Numbered from the stretch's first letter, positions 19,095 through 28,752 are shown. The stretch: 64,000 bases of DNA from an uncultured Ignavibacteriota bacterium (GCA_903884005.1 CAISDA010000006.1:145644-209643), one strand, 5' to 3'. Notes: generated by a model not told the origin, from the letters alone. A program made the numbers and translations.

Positions 19095-19937
19095 CTAGAT
19101 CGAGAAATCGAGCTCATCGAGCATGCCGTTCACGTTCTTGACCCGTACCTGGCTTTTGTGGTAGACGAGCGACCGGGGCGGCACACTTTCGGTAAGCCAC
19201 ACGTTTCCGCCGATGACGCTGTCGTGTCCGATGGTGGTCGACCCGCCGAGAATAGTGGCGTTCGAATAGATGACGACGTGGTGTTCGATGGTCGGATGGC
19301 GCTTCGTTGAGCACAATGATTTTTCGACGCTGAGCGCGCCGAGCGTGACGCCCTGATAAATTTTAACGTTGTCGGCGATCGTGGCGGTTTCGCCGATGAC
19401 GATGCCTGTGCCATGATCGATGCAGAAGGCCTTGCCGATCGCGGCCCCGGGATGAATGTCGATGCCGGTCTTTTGGTGCGCAAATTCGGAAAGGATCCGG
19501 GGGAAGATCGGAACGTGGAGCCGATAAAATTGATGGGCGATCCGATACACAGCGATCGCATAAAAGCCAGGGTAGGCCGAGATGACTTCATCCACGCTTT
19601 CAGAAGCGGGATCTCCGTCGTTGATCGCTTCGGCATCGGTCCAGAGGTCGGCGAAGACCCTCGGCAGGTTTTCGAAAAACCGTTCCGCGATCTCGTCGAT
19701 GCCGAGCTCCATTTGCGCCTGGAGCGGCTGCAGTGCAATTTTAAGATCGTGCCTGAGCAGCTGCAGGCGCGCGCCGACATCGTGCTGCTCGGAGTACGTC
19801 TCTTCCGAAAAATGCGGGAAGAGAAGACTGAGCAGATTCTCTGCAAACTCGTATACTTTCGCCTTCACCGGAAGCTGCAGATGACGTGCCTGCCGCACAA
19901 CCAACAATCGCCGTGTAAATTCTTCATCCATAGTCAT
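19095..19937 (-). CDS. cysE: Serine O-acetyltransferase (CysE/EpsC type)
   Basis: GDPASES, YPGFYAI, TGIDIHPGA, IDHGTGIVIGET, YQGVTLGA, KRHPTI. Confidence 0.95.
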   Translation of the reverse strand: MTMDEEFTRRLLVVRQARHLQLPVKAKVYEFAENLLSLLFPHFSEETYSEQHDVGARLQLLRHDLKIALQPLQAQMELGIDEIAERFFENLPRVFADLWTDAEAINDGDPASESVDEVISAYPGFYAIAVYRIAHQFYRLHVPIFPRILSEFAHQKTGIDIHPGAAIGKAFCIDHGTGIVIGETATIADNVKIYQGVTLGALSVEKSLCSTKRHPTIEHHVVIYSNATILGGSTTIGHDSVIGGNVWLTESVPPRSLVYHKSQVRVKNVNGMLDELDFSI

Positions 19938-19950
19938 CCGGCAGCGCCTC

Positions 19951-20283
19951 TCAGGTGTGAAGTCCCATATACGTCAAATTAAAGTCTTTCAGTATTTCCT
20001 TGGCCACTTCCACTTTGTCTTCAGGGACCAGGATCTTTACCGGCTCAAGCAGCGGCAGCATGCTGTTGAAATATTCTCCTTCGATCTGATACTCGATCTC
20101 GCCGTCGTCCAGGATCGACTTGATGAGCGCGATATCGCCGGCATTGTATGTGATGACTTCCACATAGGCAGGCACAGTCTGTTCGTGATCGACCTCAGGA
20201 AGCGATGCGACCAGTGGTATTGTGCAATCGGCGCATTCTTCGACTCCGGCAAGATATTCCGCTTTGCAGTTCGGACAGAACAT
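19951..20283 (-). CDS. Zinc-ribbon + DUF2007-like small protein
   Basis: MFCPNC...CADC, IKSILDD, VKILVPE. SD GGAGG. Confidence 0.8.
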   Translation of the reverse strand: MFCPNCKAEYLAGVEECADCTIPLVASLPEVDHEQTVPAYVEVITYNAGDIALIKSILDDGEIEYQIEGEYFNSMLPLLEPVKILVPEDKVEVAKEILKDFNLTYMGLHT

Positions 20284-20473
20284 AGTACCCTCCGTTGAGA
20301 TAGGGACAAATGTGTGCGGCATATGAACAGCACCGATGCCGCATTGAGGCAAGCACCTTCACACATACTACTTGCCGAAATATTTCGTTAAAAGCAAGAG
20401 CAATAAATTTACCGCATCACTGTTCAACGACGCACGTCCGGTACCGCACCGCACACGGCGCAACGAAGCCCGC

Positions 20474-21913
20474 TCAGAGACGGGCGAACCGGCGGCCGGC
20501 ATCGAGAAAACTGTCGACTTCGGCGTCACTCCGGCCTTCGGCGTAGAGACGCACCAGCGGCTCGGTCTGCGATGTCCTCAGCAGGAGCCATCGGCAGTCC
20601 CCGCACTCGAGCTTCACTCCGGTCATCATGCCGAGTTCCTCGAATGTCGTGACCTTTGTAACGGGGAATCCTGCAATCTCGGGAGGTGCCGACGCGGCCA
20701 GGTCCGGAAGGAGCGCCGCCCTGTCCGGGCGGTCATACGGTGCGTCGATGCGGCGGTAATGCAGCGAGCCCACGCGCAGACGGATGGCACCGATGATCTC
20801 GTGGAGCGAGCGGTCCGAGAAGGCGATCATTTCCGCGAAGAACAATCCGGAGAGAATGCCGTCCCGTTCCGGAATATGCGGTTGGTAACCGAAGCCTCCG
20901 CTTTCTTCGCCTCCGAACATGCATGATTCGTTGAGCATCACCTCTGCGATGAATTTGAAGCCGACGAGCGTATCGAACACCGGCAGGCCCCAGTGTTCGG
21001 CAAGGAGCCGAAGCTTATCCGTCACCGAGGCGGTCTTGATGATGCCGCCCTGCCACAGCTTATGTTCACGGAGATGCCAGACGAGCGCAAGGATCGTTTC
21101 CTGGGCGTTCATCCATTCGCCGTCGTCGTATACAATACTGCACCTGTCGGCGTCGCCATCTGTGGCAATGCCGAGAAGCGTGTGCGTCGCGCTCATATTA
21201 TATTTCAGCGGTTCGAGATTCTGTTCCACCGGCTCGGGCGAGCGGTCGTAGAAATCCGGGTCGGCCGTACCGAAGATCGTCTGCGCTCTCCATCCGCACG
21301 GCGTCAACAGATCTTCAAGGAGCGTCTGCCCTGCCCCGCCCATCGAATCGATGATGACGGCGGCATGGTTGCGCGGATCTTCGCCGAACACACGGAGCCG
21401 GTCGAAATCGACGAGCAGCCGCAGCTGCGCAATGTACTCGGGGAGAAAATCGGTGAGTGCAATGTGTTCGCATGCCGGCACAAACGGCTCCGCCTCGGGA
21501 AGAATGCACTCTTCCATTTTTTTTGTCTCTTCGGACATGAAGGGCCCGCCATAGGCGGCCTTGAACTTGATGCCGTTGTAGCGGGGCGGATTATGGCTAG
21601 CGGTGATCATCACACCGGCGCTGCACGAGCGGTGCTTGACGGCAAACGACAGCACCGGTGTCGGCACAATTGCCGTGGAGAGCAGCACATGGATGCCGTG
21701 AAAGGAGAGCACATCGGCAAACAGGGATGCGTAATGCTGCGACAAGCGGCGGCCGTCGTACGCGATCGCGACGGGTCCGTCCGTGTGCGGCTCCTGCGAC
21801 GAACGCCAGCGGACGAATGCATGCGCTATACGAATGACATTCTCGTCGGTGAACATATCGTCCATCAACGCCCGCCAGCCGTCGGTGCCAAATGTGATGA
21901 CAGGTACGCCCAT
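20474..21913 (-). CDS. Phosphoglucomutase/phosphomannomutase family enzyme
   Basis: FGTDGWR, TASHNP, DGDADR, GEESGG, RTSQTEP. Confidence 0.95.
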   Translation of the reverse strand: MGVPVITFGTDGWRALMDDMFTDENVIRIAHAFVRWRSSQEPHTDGPVAIAYDGRRLSQHYASLFADVLSFHGIHVLLSTAIVPTPVLSFAVKHRSCSAGVMITASHNPPRYNGIKFKAAYGGPFMSEETKKMEECILPEAEPFVPACEHIALTDFLPEYIAQLRLLVDFDRLRVFGEDPRNHAAVIIDSMGGAGQTLLEDLLTPCGWRAQTIFGTADPDFYDRSPEPVEQNLEPLKYNMSATHTLLGIATDGDADRCSIVYDDGEWMNAQETILALVWHLREHKLWQGGIIKTASVTDKLRLLAEHWGLPVFDTLVGFKFIAEVMLNESCMFGGEESGGFGYQPHIPERDGILSGLFFAEMIAFSDRSLHEIIGAIRLRVGSLHYRRIDAPYDRPDRAALLPDLAASAPPEIAGFPVTKVTTFEELGMMTGVKLECGDCRWLLLRTSQTEPLVRLYAEGRSDAEVDSFLDAGRRFARL

Positions 21914-21929
21914 GAATGCCTGGTGTCCA

Positions 21930-22022
21930 GTGAATTACCCCGTCGCAAGCAGCAGGGTATCGTGATATTCAAATTATATTTTTCGCCGCAAGCGGCGGGG
22001 AATTGGACCCTGAGTGATTGAA
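21930..22022 (-). mobile_element. Short non-coding element resembling paired IS200/IS605 ends (PATE-like), copy A
   Basis: Two CCCCGCCGCTTGCGGCG-type hairpins ending ...GGGGTAATTCAC. 28 bp are identical to copy B. Confidence 0.6.
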
Positions 22023-22060
22023 AATCGATTGACAGCTCCGATGCCGCCGCGGCAGATGTG

Positions 22061-23020
22061 TCAGAAACCGATCGCAAGCTGAAGCGCGGGTGAGTCGTTC
22101 AGCATACACACGGAAAAATGAATTTTCTTTCCGGTATTGTCTGCGGACGCCGTCATCGGGTTGGAATTTTCATACCGTGACACGACCTGATTGGCGCAAA
22201 GATAGCCGATGCACGCGCCGGCAAAGACATCCGACGCCCAATGCGTATGCTCGATCATGCGTGTGAGTCCGACGATGGTCGCCAGAGAATACGAAAGGAT
22301 CGGAACGTAGCTCGATTCGCTGTACCGCTTTGCGAACACCGTGGCGATCGCGAACGCCGTGGCCGTGTGTCCCGAAGGAAATGCATCGTATTTGGACACG
22401 GTCTCGTTGCTGTGCTTGCGTATTGACCCTGCAAGTCCGGACCATCGACCGCCGGGCAAGTGCGAAAATTCGTACGCCGCGCTTGGACGTTCGCGTCCCG
22501 CGATCAATTTCCCCAGGCGTGTCCAGACTCCGGATGTGATCAGCGCTTCGGTCAGCAGCATCGATGTTTCCTTCGCATCCTCGTCATCCCATATCACGCT
22601 GTATCCGGCATAGGCGACTCCCGTGAGTATTCCATAGGTGCCTCCGAAGTCCGTCAAGATCGGGCTCGTGGTCCGGATCGCTTTATGATTCGTCGCGAGG
22701 CTGCGTATATTCCGGTCGATGGGCTCGTCGATCGTGATGAGGCCGAATGTAATGCCGATGCCGACGCCGACCGATATCGCATCTTTTTCATTCATGGAGA
22801 ACGGAGATGTCGCCTGGAGCAAAAAATCTTCGCCCAAGCGCCGCAAAAATTGAGGCTGGTGCGCGACCGTGCCGGCATCGAATCCGGATGAATCCTCGAT
22901 AACGGACCGGGTATCGGCCGTGTCGGGTACGGCCTCCAGCAATTCCCACGCGCTCGCAGTTGCGGTGCACACGAACACACAGATGACAAGTTTAAGACCG
23001 AGGGAGCGCAGGATGATCAT
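22061..23020 (-). CDS. PAP2-family phosphatase with a signal peptide
   Basis: KLIAGRERP, FPSGH, TRMIEHTHWASD. Confidence 0.9.
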   Translation of the reverse strand: MIILRSLGLKLVICVFVCTATASAWELLEAVPDTADTRSVIEDSSGFDAGTVAHQPQFLRRLGEDFLLQATSPFSMNEKDAISVGVGIGITFGLITIDEPIDRNIRSLATNHKAIRTTSPILTDFGGTYGILTGVAYAGYSVIWDDEDAKETSMLLTEALITSGVWTRLGKLIAGRERPSAAYEFSHLPGGRWSGLAGSIRKHSNETVSKYDAFPSGHTATAFAIATVFAKRYSESSYVPILSYSLATIVGLTRMIEHTHWASDVFAGACIGYLCANQVVSRYENSNPMTASADNTGKKIHFSVCMLNDSPALQLAIGF

Positions 23021-23021
23021 G

Positions 23022-24008
23022 TCACCATTTCCAGGTTAATGCAATTCCGGGCGTGCCGTTGCTCATGATGATAAAATCGGTGTCCGGCGCATACGAATGC
23101 GCCCGCGTGATGTCTTCCGTTTTCGGCTTGTGGCGGCTTGCCACCGCTTTGCCGAATGTATACCCGAGCGCCCAGCTCAGCGGATAGTCGCTCAGCCAGT
23201 GGATCCCGGTCCCCATCATGCTCACGCCGATACACCCGATCGTCGTATAGCCGACATACTTCAGCCACACGGCATCGGGATAATTTTCAGTCAGCACGGT
23301 GAGCGTTGCCATTGCCGTGGCGACATGGCCCGAGGGATATGCGTCGTAGTGAGGCACATGGTTCGCATATTCGATCTGATTGGGAAACAGTATCCAGATT
23401 CCCGTGGGCGAGGTGCTCACAAACGGGCTTTCACGCCCGGTTAAATGCTTGAGCGTTTGCACTACGCCGCCGCAGGCGAGAATCACTTCGGCTGTCTGAC
23501 TCGCCGTGGAGAGCGACTTTGCATCGTTAAAGATCAATCCGTGCGCGCAGAACGCCGCGCCGATCCCGAATTGAAACCATCCGTCTCCCATGAACTGGAA
23601 GATCTCGGCGGCATCGTGATACGTCCTGTTCTCGTTATAGAATTTTCTCAGCGGCGTATACGTCTGATGATCTGTGACGACCATCGCCGCGGTCAGAATG
23701 CCGATGCCCGTGTACATCGGAATATTTTCCGTCTTGAACGTCATGCGGCCCCATGTCGCCCATGCTCCGGGAAGGTCCGTGATCATATCTGCGATGCCCG
23801 GCTTTGCGTATCGAGGCATGGCTGGAGCCGAGGACTCAAACGCGAGCGTATCCATTCCGCCGGCAGACTCCGCAGCGCCCGTCACAGAGACCGGTGCGCA
23901 GTCGAAACGTGCGATCGTCCTGTGCGACAGTGAATCGTACAGGTCCTGACCCGCGAGGCCAGGCAGTACTGCAGCACACAAAAGCACGACGATTGCGTAC
24001 ATCTTCAT
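23022..24008 (-). CDS. PAP2-family protein with altered catalytic motifs
   Basis: KHLTGRESP, YPSGH, SMMGTGIHWLSD. Signal peptide from the ATG at 24008. Confidence 0.85.
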   Translation of the reverse strand: MKMYAIVVLLCAAVLPGLAGQDLYDSLSHRTIARFDCAPVSVTGAAESAGGMDTLAFESSAPAMPRYAKPGIADMITDLPGAWATWGRMTFKTENIPMYTGIGILTAAMVVTDHQTYTPLRKFYNENRTYHDAAEIFQFMGDGWFQFGIGAAFCAHGLIFNDAKSLSTASQTAEVILACGGVVQTLKHLTGRESPFVSTSPTGIWILFPNQIEYANHVPHYDAYPSGHVATAMATLTVLTENYPDAVWLKYVGYTTIGCIGVSMMGTGIHWLSDYPLSWALGYTFGKAVASRHKPKTEDITRAHSYAPDTDFIIMSNGTPGIALTWKW

Positions 24009-24070
24009 TTCTGTTCTACGAATTAATTCAAGGATAAAAAAACACATTCATTAATATATGAATTTTCACG

Positions 24071-24099
24071 ACAATAACATCATGAATCGGGCGAGTCAA
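24071..24099 (-). promoter_or_regulatory. sigma70 promoter for the PAP2 pair
   Basis: TTGACT-17 nt-TATTGT. Confidence 0.6.
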
Positions 24100-24201
24100 C
24101 AAAAAATTGCGCAGAGCAGCGGGTTTGTGCGGCAGCGATCCTGCGCCGGCAGCGGTTCGCGCTCAGGAGTGAAGGTGACAGTGCGCACGGATATGCCAAA
24201 T

Positions 24202-25281
24202 TTACTTTGCCTTGAATGTGATGGCACCGGGAATGACACCGGCCTTGAATGTTGCAGTCGTTTTTCCGTCGGCATCGTACACGGTGATCGTGCCGGCGCT
24301 GACATAATCCACCGCATCGGCGACATACAGCCTGCTGTTTGTTCTGTCGTATGCCATGCCGTTGATCGTGTACGACGTGAACGGTATGAACCCTGCGTTG
24401 ACCACCGTCAGTTGCGCGGTTTCGATTTTCATGATTCCGCTCTTCACTTTCACATAGGCATATCCCGCACCGGACACCGCCATTTTTTCGGGATGACTGT
24501 ACGTGGCGAGCGGCAGCGGCAATGTCCCCGTTACGGCGAGCGTCGACGGATCGATCTTCATGATGCTTCCGGGGGCCTCTTTCGTCGGATCGGGATATGA
24601 AGAGACACCCTCGCATTTCACGACCAGTTTCTGGTCCATCGTGTAATCGATCTCGCTGGGCGACTTGCCCACGACGATCGTTTTGACGACCGTATCGGTC
24701 AAGGGATCGATCACCGAGACCGTGCTGTCCGCGCCGTATCCCGAATTGCACACGTAGATCCTGCCGTTGAACGAGATGATGCCCTGCGGGTTGAGACCCA
24801 CGGGAATCCTGTCCTTCACGACGGCAAATGTGGTCGGATTGAATACCGTGACCGAATTGTCATAGAGGTTGGTGACATACCCTTTGGTGTCGCTGAATAT
24901 CGCGGCCTTGAACGGGCTTTTCGTTCCGGGTATGGTGATCGTCCCGGCGGATTTCATTGTTTCCAGCAGCACCACTTCGATCTTCTGCGAATTGTTGACG
25001 ACGATGTATCCGTACTTGCCATAGATGACCATGTCGTTTCCCACATCGCCAAGGTTGCGGCCGTTGGCGGTAAAATACACGTCCTGATACGCTTTCAGTG
25101 AATCGGGCAGATACATCGTGAGCGACGCATTTGCTTTGCCGTAATTTCCCTCGTTCATGATGTAGACACTTTGCGCCGCGCCTGGCAGCGCGCCCCCGTC
25201 CGTGATCCCGCCGGTTTTTGAACAGCTGTTAACGCCGGCAAGCAGCAAAAGGAGTAGAAGTAGTGCGGTGATAGCTTTCAT
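24202..25281 (-). CDS. btuG: BtuG-like beta-propeller lipoprotein (YncE/DUF5074 type), probable cobalamin binder
   Basis: Lipoprotein signal ending in Cys, with NEGNYG..NASL, NGRNLGDVGNDM, YIVVNNSQKIEV and DAVDY. Lies downstream of BtuB and B12 riboswitches. Confidence 0.8.
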   Translation of the reverse strand: MKAITALLLLLLLLAGVNSCSKTGGITDGGALPGAAQSVYIMNEGNYGKANASLTMYLPDSLKAYQDVYFTANGRNLGDVGNDMVIYGKYGYIVVNNSQKIEVVLLETMKSAGTITIPGTKSPFKAAIFSDTKGYVTNLYDNSVTVFNPTTFAVVKDRIPVGLNPQGIISFNGRIYVCNSGYGADSTVSVIDPLTDTVVKTIVVGKSPSEIDYTMDQKLVVKCEGVSSYPDPTKEAPGSIMKIDPSTLAVTGTLPLPLATYSHPEKMAVSGAGYAYVKVKSGIMKIETAQLTVVNAGFIPFTSYTINGMAYDRTNSRLYVADAVDYVSAGTITVYDADGKTTATFKAGVIPGAITFKAK

Positions 25282-25369
25282 GGTGGTCCTTTTTTATTAT
25301 TCAGCGTTAATAATTGGACACCGAAATTACTCAGTGTTCATAAAAAAATATTTGCCATTCTTAGTTTAT

Positions 25370-25560
25370 CATCTTGATAGAGTCAAGAATCTTCATGCGC
25401 ATGAAATAATAGACCTTCCGAAGTTATCATCTCGGCAGCGCCAAGAATCTTCATGCATATGACATTAGTATTCTGTCATTCTGAGCGCAAGCGAAGAATC
25501 TTGCGTCGTGATGGCAGTCGGTGAGATTCCTCAGTCGCTCAGGCTCCTTCAGAATGACAG
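25370..25560. repeat. CTGTCATTCT...AGAATGACAG palindromic element (MITE/REP-like), copy 1
   Basis: 88-bp core at 25473-25560 with 10-bp terminal inverted repeats. Its reverse complement matches 59609-59740. CAAGAATCTTCATGC is internally duplicated. Confidence 0.85.
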
Positions 25561-25600
25561 GGACGATAGAGTACACTGAGGTACAATTCAACAACTCCCA

Positions 25601-27604
25601 TCAATACATAAGTTCGAACGAGACGCGAAACGACCGCAGCGGCATCGGCTGAAGCGCAATGACCTGATAATCGGCGTTGAACAGATTGTCGGCTTCGAGT
25701 TTCACATTCGCGGCAAAGTGCGGCAGCAGAATTTTATATCCCACATTCGCGTCCACCGTCACGAACGACGGCAGCGCGTAGCGCGGATTATTGTCCTCTG
25801 TGCTGTAGCGTTCGCCGGTGACTGCCGCGCGGATATTGAATGTGCAATTGTCCACATACACCCCGGCGTCGAACGACGACGACGATTCGGGAAGGTACGG
25901 CAATTGTTTGCCGGCGGTCGGATCGTCCAGAGCGTCCGCACTCTTCTTCACCACGCTCGTGATGTTCTGCACATACCCGAGGCAGAGCTTCTCGTCCCAC
26001 AATTTCAGCCGAACGGAAAGCTCTATTCCCTGAGACAGCACCCTGCTGATATTCTTGGGAGTCCAGAGATTGTTCGCCCCCGGCATCCATACGATCCGAT
26101 CCTTCGTGTCGATCGAATAATACGTCGCCTCGCACTCGAACACACTGGCGCCGCGAAGCGATGAGACCAGCCCCGCATCATAACTCACCGAGCGCTCGGG
26201 CAGCAGCAAGGGATTTCCGCCGGTGTTCCAATACATGTCGTTGAATGTGGGCATGCGGAAATTTTTGCCGACGCTTGCGCGCACACGCAGCGCGTCGGAC
26301 TCCTGCGCGCCGATGTTCAGTCCAATCCTGGGATTGAGTGCCTCGTCGACATCCGAAAATCTGTCGTACCGAACCGATGGAAAAAATGTGACATCGAGCG
26401 GAAGCAACGCTCGAAAAGACACCTCATGCTGTCCGGAAACAAACGCGCTGAACTGTGTCCGGTCCTTTGTGTGAACCTCGTTGCTTTCGATCCACGCATG
26501 CATGAACTCGATGCCGCCGACGATGGTCTGTCCTTCGCCGAAGGACGTCTGATACGTAGGCGTGACAATGACGGAGCGGTTGATATAAAAACTGGAGAGC
26601 GGCGTTCCTCCGGTGACGAGCAGCGGATCGTGATACTGCTGATCGAAGTAATGGTAGTTCGAATGCAGCGAGAGTTGTGAAACATCCGTCGCCTTCCATT
26701 CCGCCTGATACTGCGCGAACCACTCATCATCGAGCAGACGCGCCGCCCCTGTGCTTGCGGCCGAGGTCAGGCCCGATGCGACTCCCCTGTCTGCGTTGGA
26801 ATACCGGAGCGAGAGCGAGGACGAGACCTCACCCCCGGTATTCAACTGTGCGGCGACATCGGCGACATGCAAGCAGTAATCGGCATCGCTGCGCTGCAAC
26901 AGCACGCTGCGCGCGCCGTCGTGAAAATAGCAGTCGAACATGTTGGCGCTGTGCTCGTTGCGGTATGTCCCTTTGAGGGAGAGGATTCCCGTTCCTCCGG
27001 AAAGCGACAATTGATACTGCTGGTACCCGAACGACCCGACTCCGGCCATGAGAGTAGCGCGAAAATCCTGCGAAGGCTTTTTCGTGATGATGTTCACGAC
27101 GCCGCCCACGGCATCCGCCCCGAAGAGCGCGGAGTATCCGCCCTTTGCAATTTCAATCCGCTCTATATCGGCGGTGGAGAAGACGCCGAAATCAACTTGC
27201 CCGTTCTGATAATTTGTGAACCGCTGCCCGTCCACCAGCACCAGTGTGTATTCCGGTCCCATGCCGCGTGACGAAATGGTCTGCAGCGCCCCCTGACCGC
27301 CATAGGTCTTGAAAAATATTCCCGGCAATCCGTGCAGCACATCGGCCACAGTAGTGCCGTTGGCACGATCGATGGCCTGTTCGTTAATGATCGAGACGGA
27401 CGAGGGCAGCCGGTACACGTCCGTGGCAATGCGGCTGCCTGTGACTGTCACCTCGTTCATGCGAAAGACGCGCGCACTATCGGGCATCTCGTCCACGGCA
27501 GCGGCAATCACACCGGATGCTCCTTCCGAAGGGATGGCGGCGTTCACGCCGGAGGCGGACGCAATGGCCAATATAAAAACAATGAACGAACGTATTTTTC
27601 TCAT
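25601..27604 (-). CDS. btuB: TonB-dependent outer-membrane receptor, probably for cobalamin
   Basis: TonB box EVTVTGSR, plug motif IERIEIAKGGYSALFGADAVGGVVNIIT, FRMPTFNDMYW, NLFN and a terminal aromatic residue. Preceded by a cobalamin riboswitch. Confidence 0.9.
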   Translation of the reverse strand: MRKIRSFIVFILAIASASGVNAAIPSEGASGVIAAAVDEMPDSARVFRMNEVTVTGSRIATDVYRLPSSVSIINEQAIDRANGTTVADVLHGLPGIFFKTYGGQGALQTISSRGMGPEYTLVLVDGQRFTNYQNGQVDFGVFSTADIERIEIAKGGYSALFGADAVGGVVNIITKKPSQDFRATLMAGVGSFGYQQYQLSLSGGTGILSLKGTYRNEHSANMFDCYFHDGARSVLLQRSDADYCLHVADVAAQLNTGGEVSSSLSLRYSNADRGVASGLTSAASTGAARLLDDEWFAQYQAEWKATDVSQLSLHSNYHYFDQQYHDPLLVTGGTPLSSFYINRSVIVTPTYQTSFGEGQTIVGGIEFMHAWIESNEVHTKDRTQFSAFVSGQHEVSFRALLPLDVTFFPSVRYDRFSDVDEALNPRIGLNIGAQESDALRVRASVGKNFRMPTFNDMYWNTGGNPLLLPERSVSYDAGLVSSLRGASVFECEATYYSIDTKDRIVWMPGANNLWTPKNISRVLSQGIELSVRLKLWDEKLCLGYVQNITSVVKKSADALDDPTAGKQLPYLPESSSSFDAGVYVDNCTFNIRAAVTGERYSTEDNNPRYALPSFVTVDANVGYKILLPHFAANVKLEADNLFNADYQVIALQPMPLRSFRVSFELMY

Positions 27605-27619
27605 GATGCAATAAATGGC

Positions 27620-27703
27620 TCACCGCTTCAAGCAGCGGGGTATCCTCGTAAAATTATGCTATTTTTCGCCGCAAGCGGCGGGGAATTTACCCGTAGCGAT
27701 TAA
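27620..27703 (-). mobile_element. IS200/IS605-end-like (PATE-like) element, copy B, in the btuB leader
   Basis: TATTTTTCGCCGCAAGCGGCGGGGAATT at 27660-27687 is identical to 21977-22004. The second hairpin is degenerate. Confidence 0.55.
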
Positions 27704-27716
27704 GCACTGCGGTAAC

Positions 27717-27752
27717 AAAAAAAACCCCAACATCCGGTTGCGAACGTTGGGG
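27717..27752 (-). terminator. Attenuator terminator of the btuB riboswitch
   Basis: CCCCAACGTTCG-CAAC-CGGATGTTGGGG followed by T8. Confidence 0.8.
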
Positions 27753-27825
27753 CAGACACAACGGCATCGGCCGCTGCGTACAAGTACCTGTCCCACCTCT
27801 GTTCCACGAAGGCGGTGAATCACGA

Positions 27826-27997
27826 CGGCGGCAGGTCTCCTGGCTTGTGACCGAACTACGTGCGTGAACCTTCCCAGGCGTATGCATCACACCAAGTGGT
27901 TCAGCGTCTATTGCGTCACTTACAGTTGCGGGTCAGCTTCCGTTTTTCACGGAATTCCCTTTTCATCTCGCGCGAGTGCGAGACACCGATATCGACT
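27826..27997 (-). ncRNA. Cobalamin riboswitch upstream of btuB
   Basis: GGT...GAAAAGGGAA, CCCGCAACTGTAA, CCACT...GGGAAGG, and the B12 box AGCCAGGAGACCTGCC. Confidence 0.93.
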
Positions 27998-28060
27998 ATA
28001 ATAAAGAACAATGGGTTCGCGCGCCGGAAACGGCGGCGAACAATACTCTCAGCGCCGCAC

Positions 28061-28591
28061 TTAATTGACCGCGGCTGCTGTGCGTGTGTTGCGTACGAGC
28101 GCAGAGACGGCCTCGTAGATGCCGAACATCGCCGCGACATAGAAGACGTCGCCGGCAACGGTGTTGCGAAGGAACGGAATTGCCAACGCGTAGCAGTCGA
28201 TCAATCCGGCCGCCGTTTTCGGATACCAGCTCTGCATCGCCCACACGCCGAAATTGGTGACGAAGAAAAAGAGCGCGGAGCTCGCAAGCGTCGTGCCTGC
28301 CACCACCGCGGCCGATTTGCGGCTCTGCATCATCACCGCCATCGCACCGATGGACAACAGACACCCGTAGACGAACATCCAGTCGCTGCTGAAGCCGATG
28401 AAATAATCACTCACGAGCATTGCCCCCAGCGGCGCGATGAACGCGAATTTTTTGTCGAAATAAAATCCGCCGAAGAGCGCAATGGCCGCGATCGGCGTGA
28501 AGTTCGGAATGTGCGGTACCATGCGCGACATCGCCGCGCCGAAGATCAGCACGAATGCAACCGTATATTTGATGAATGATTCTTTGTTCAT
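28061..28591 (-). CDS. DUF6580-like small membrane protein, putative cobalamin transporter (S-component-like)
   Basis: About 6 hydrophobic segments, with RMVPHIPNFTPIAAIALFGG, FFFVTNFGVW and AIPFLRNT. SD AAGGAG. Under a B12 riboswitch. Confidence 0.8.
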   Translation of the reverse strand: MNKESFIKYTVAFVLIFGAAMSRMVPHIPNFTPIAAIALFGGFYFDKKFAFIAPLGAMLVSDYFIGFSSDWMFVYGCLLSIGAMAVMMQSRKSAAVVAGTTLASSALFFFVTNFGVWAMQSWYPKTAAGLIDCYALAIPFLRNTVAGDVFYVAAMFGIYEAVSALVRNTRTAAAVN

Positions 28592-28662
28592 GGCTTTCTC
28601 TCCTTGCAATTAATGGAACATCGTTCGTACACAATGTCAATGAGTGTACCGCAGTGAAACAC

Positions 28663-28688
28663 AAAACCCCAACTGGATCCAGTCGGGG
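28663..28688 (-). terminator. Attenuator terminator of the upstream cobalamin riboswitch
   Basis: Inverted repeat CCCCGACTGG/CCAGTTGGGG followed by TTTTGTGTTT. Confidence 0.7.
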
Positions 28689-28752
28689 CGTATAAAAAAG
28701 AACATCGGCGTGCTTCTTTTGTATGCGCCTCTTTTCGCGAAGGCGATAAAAA

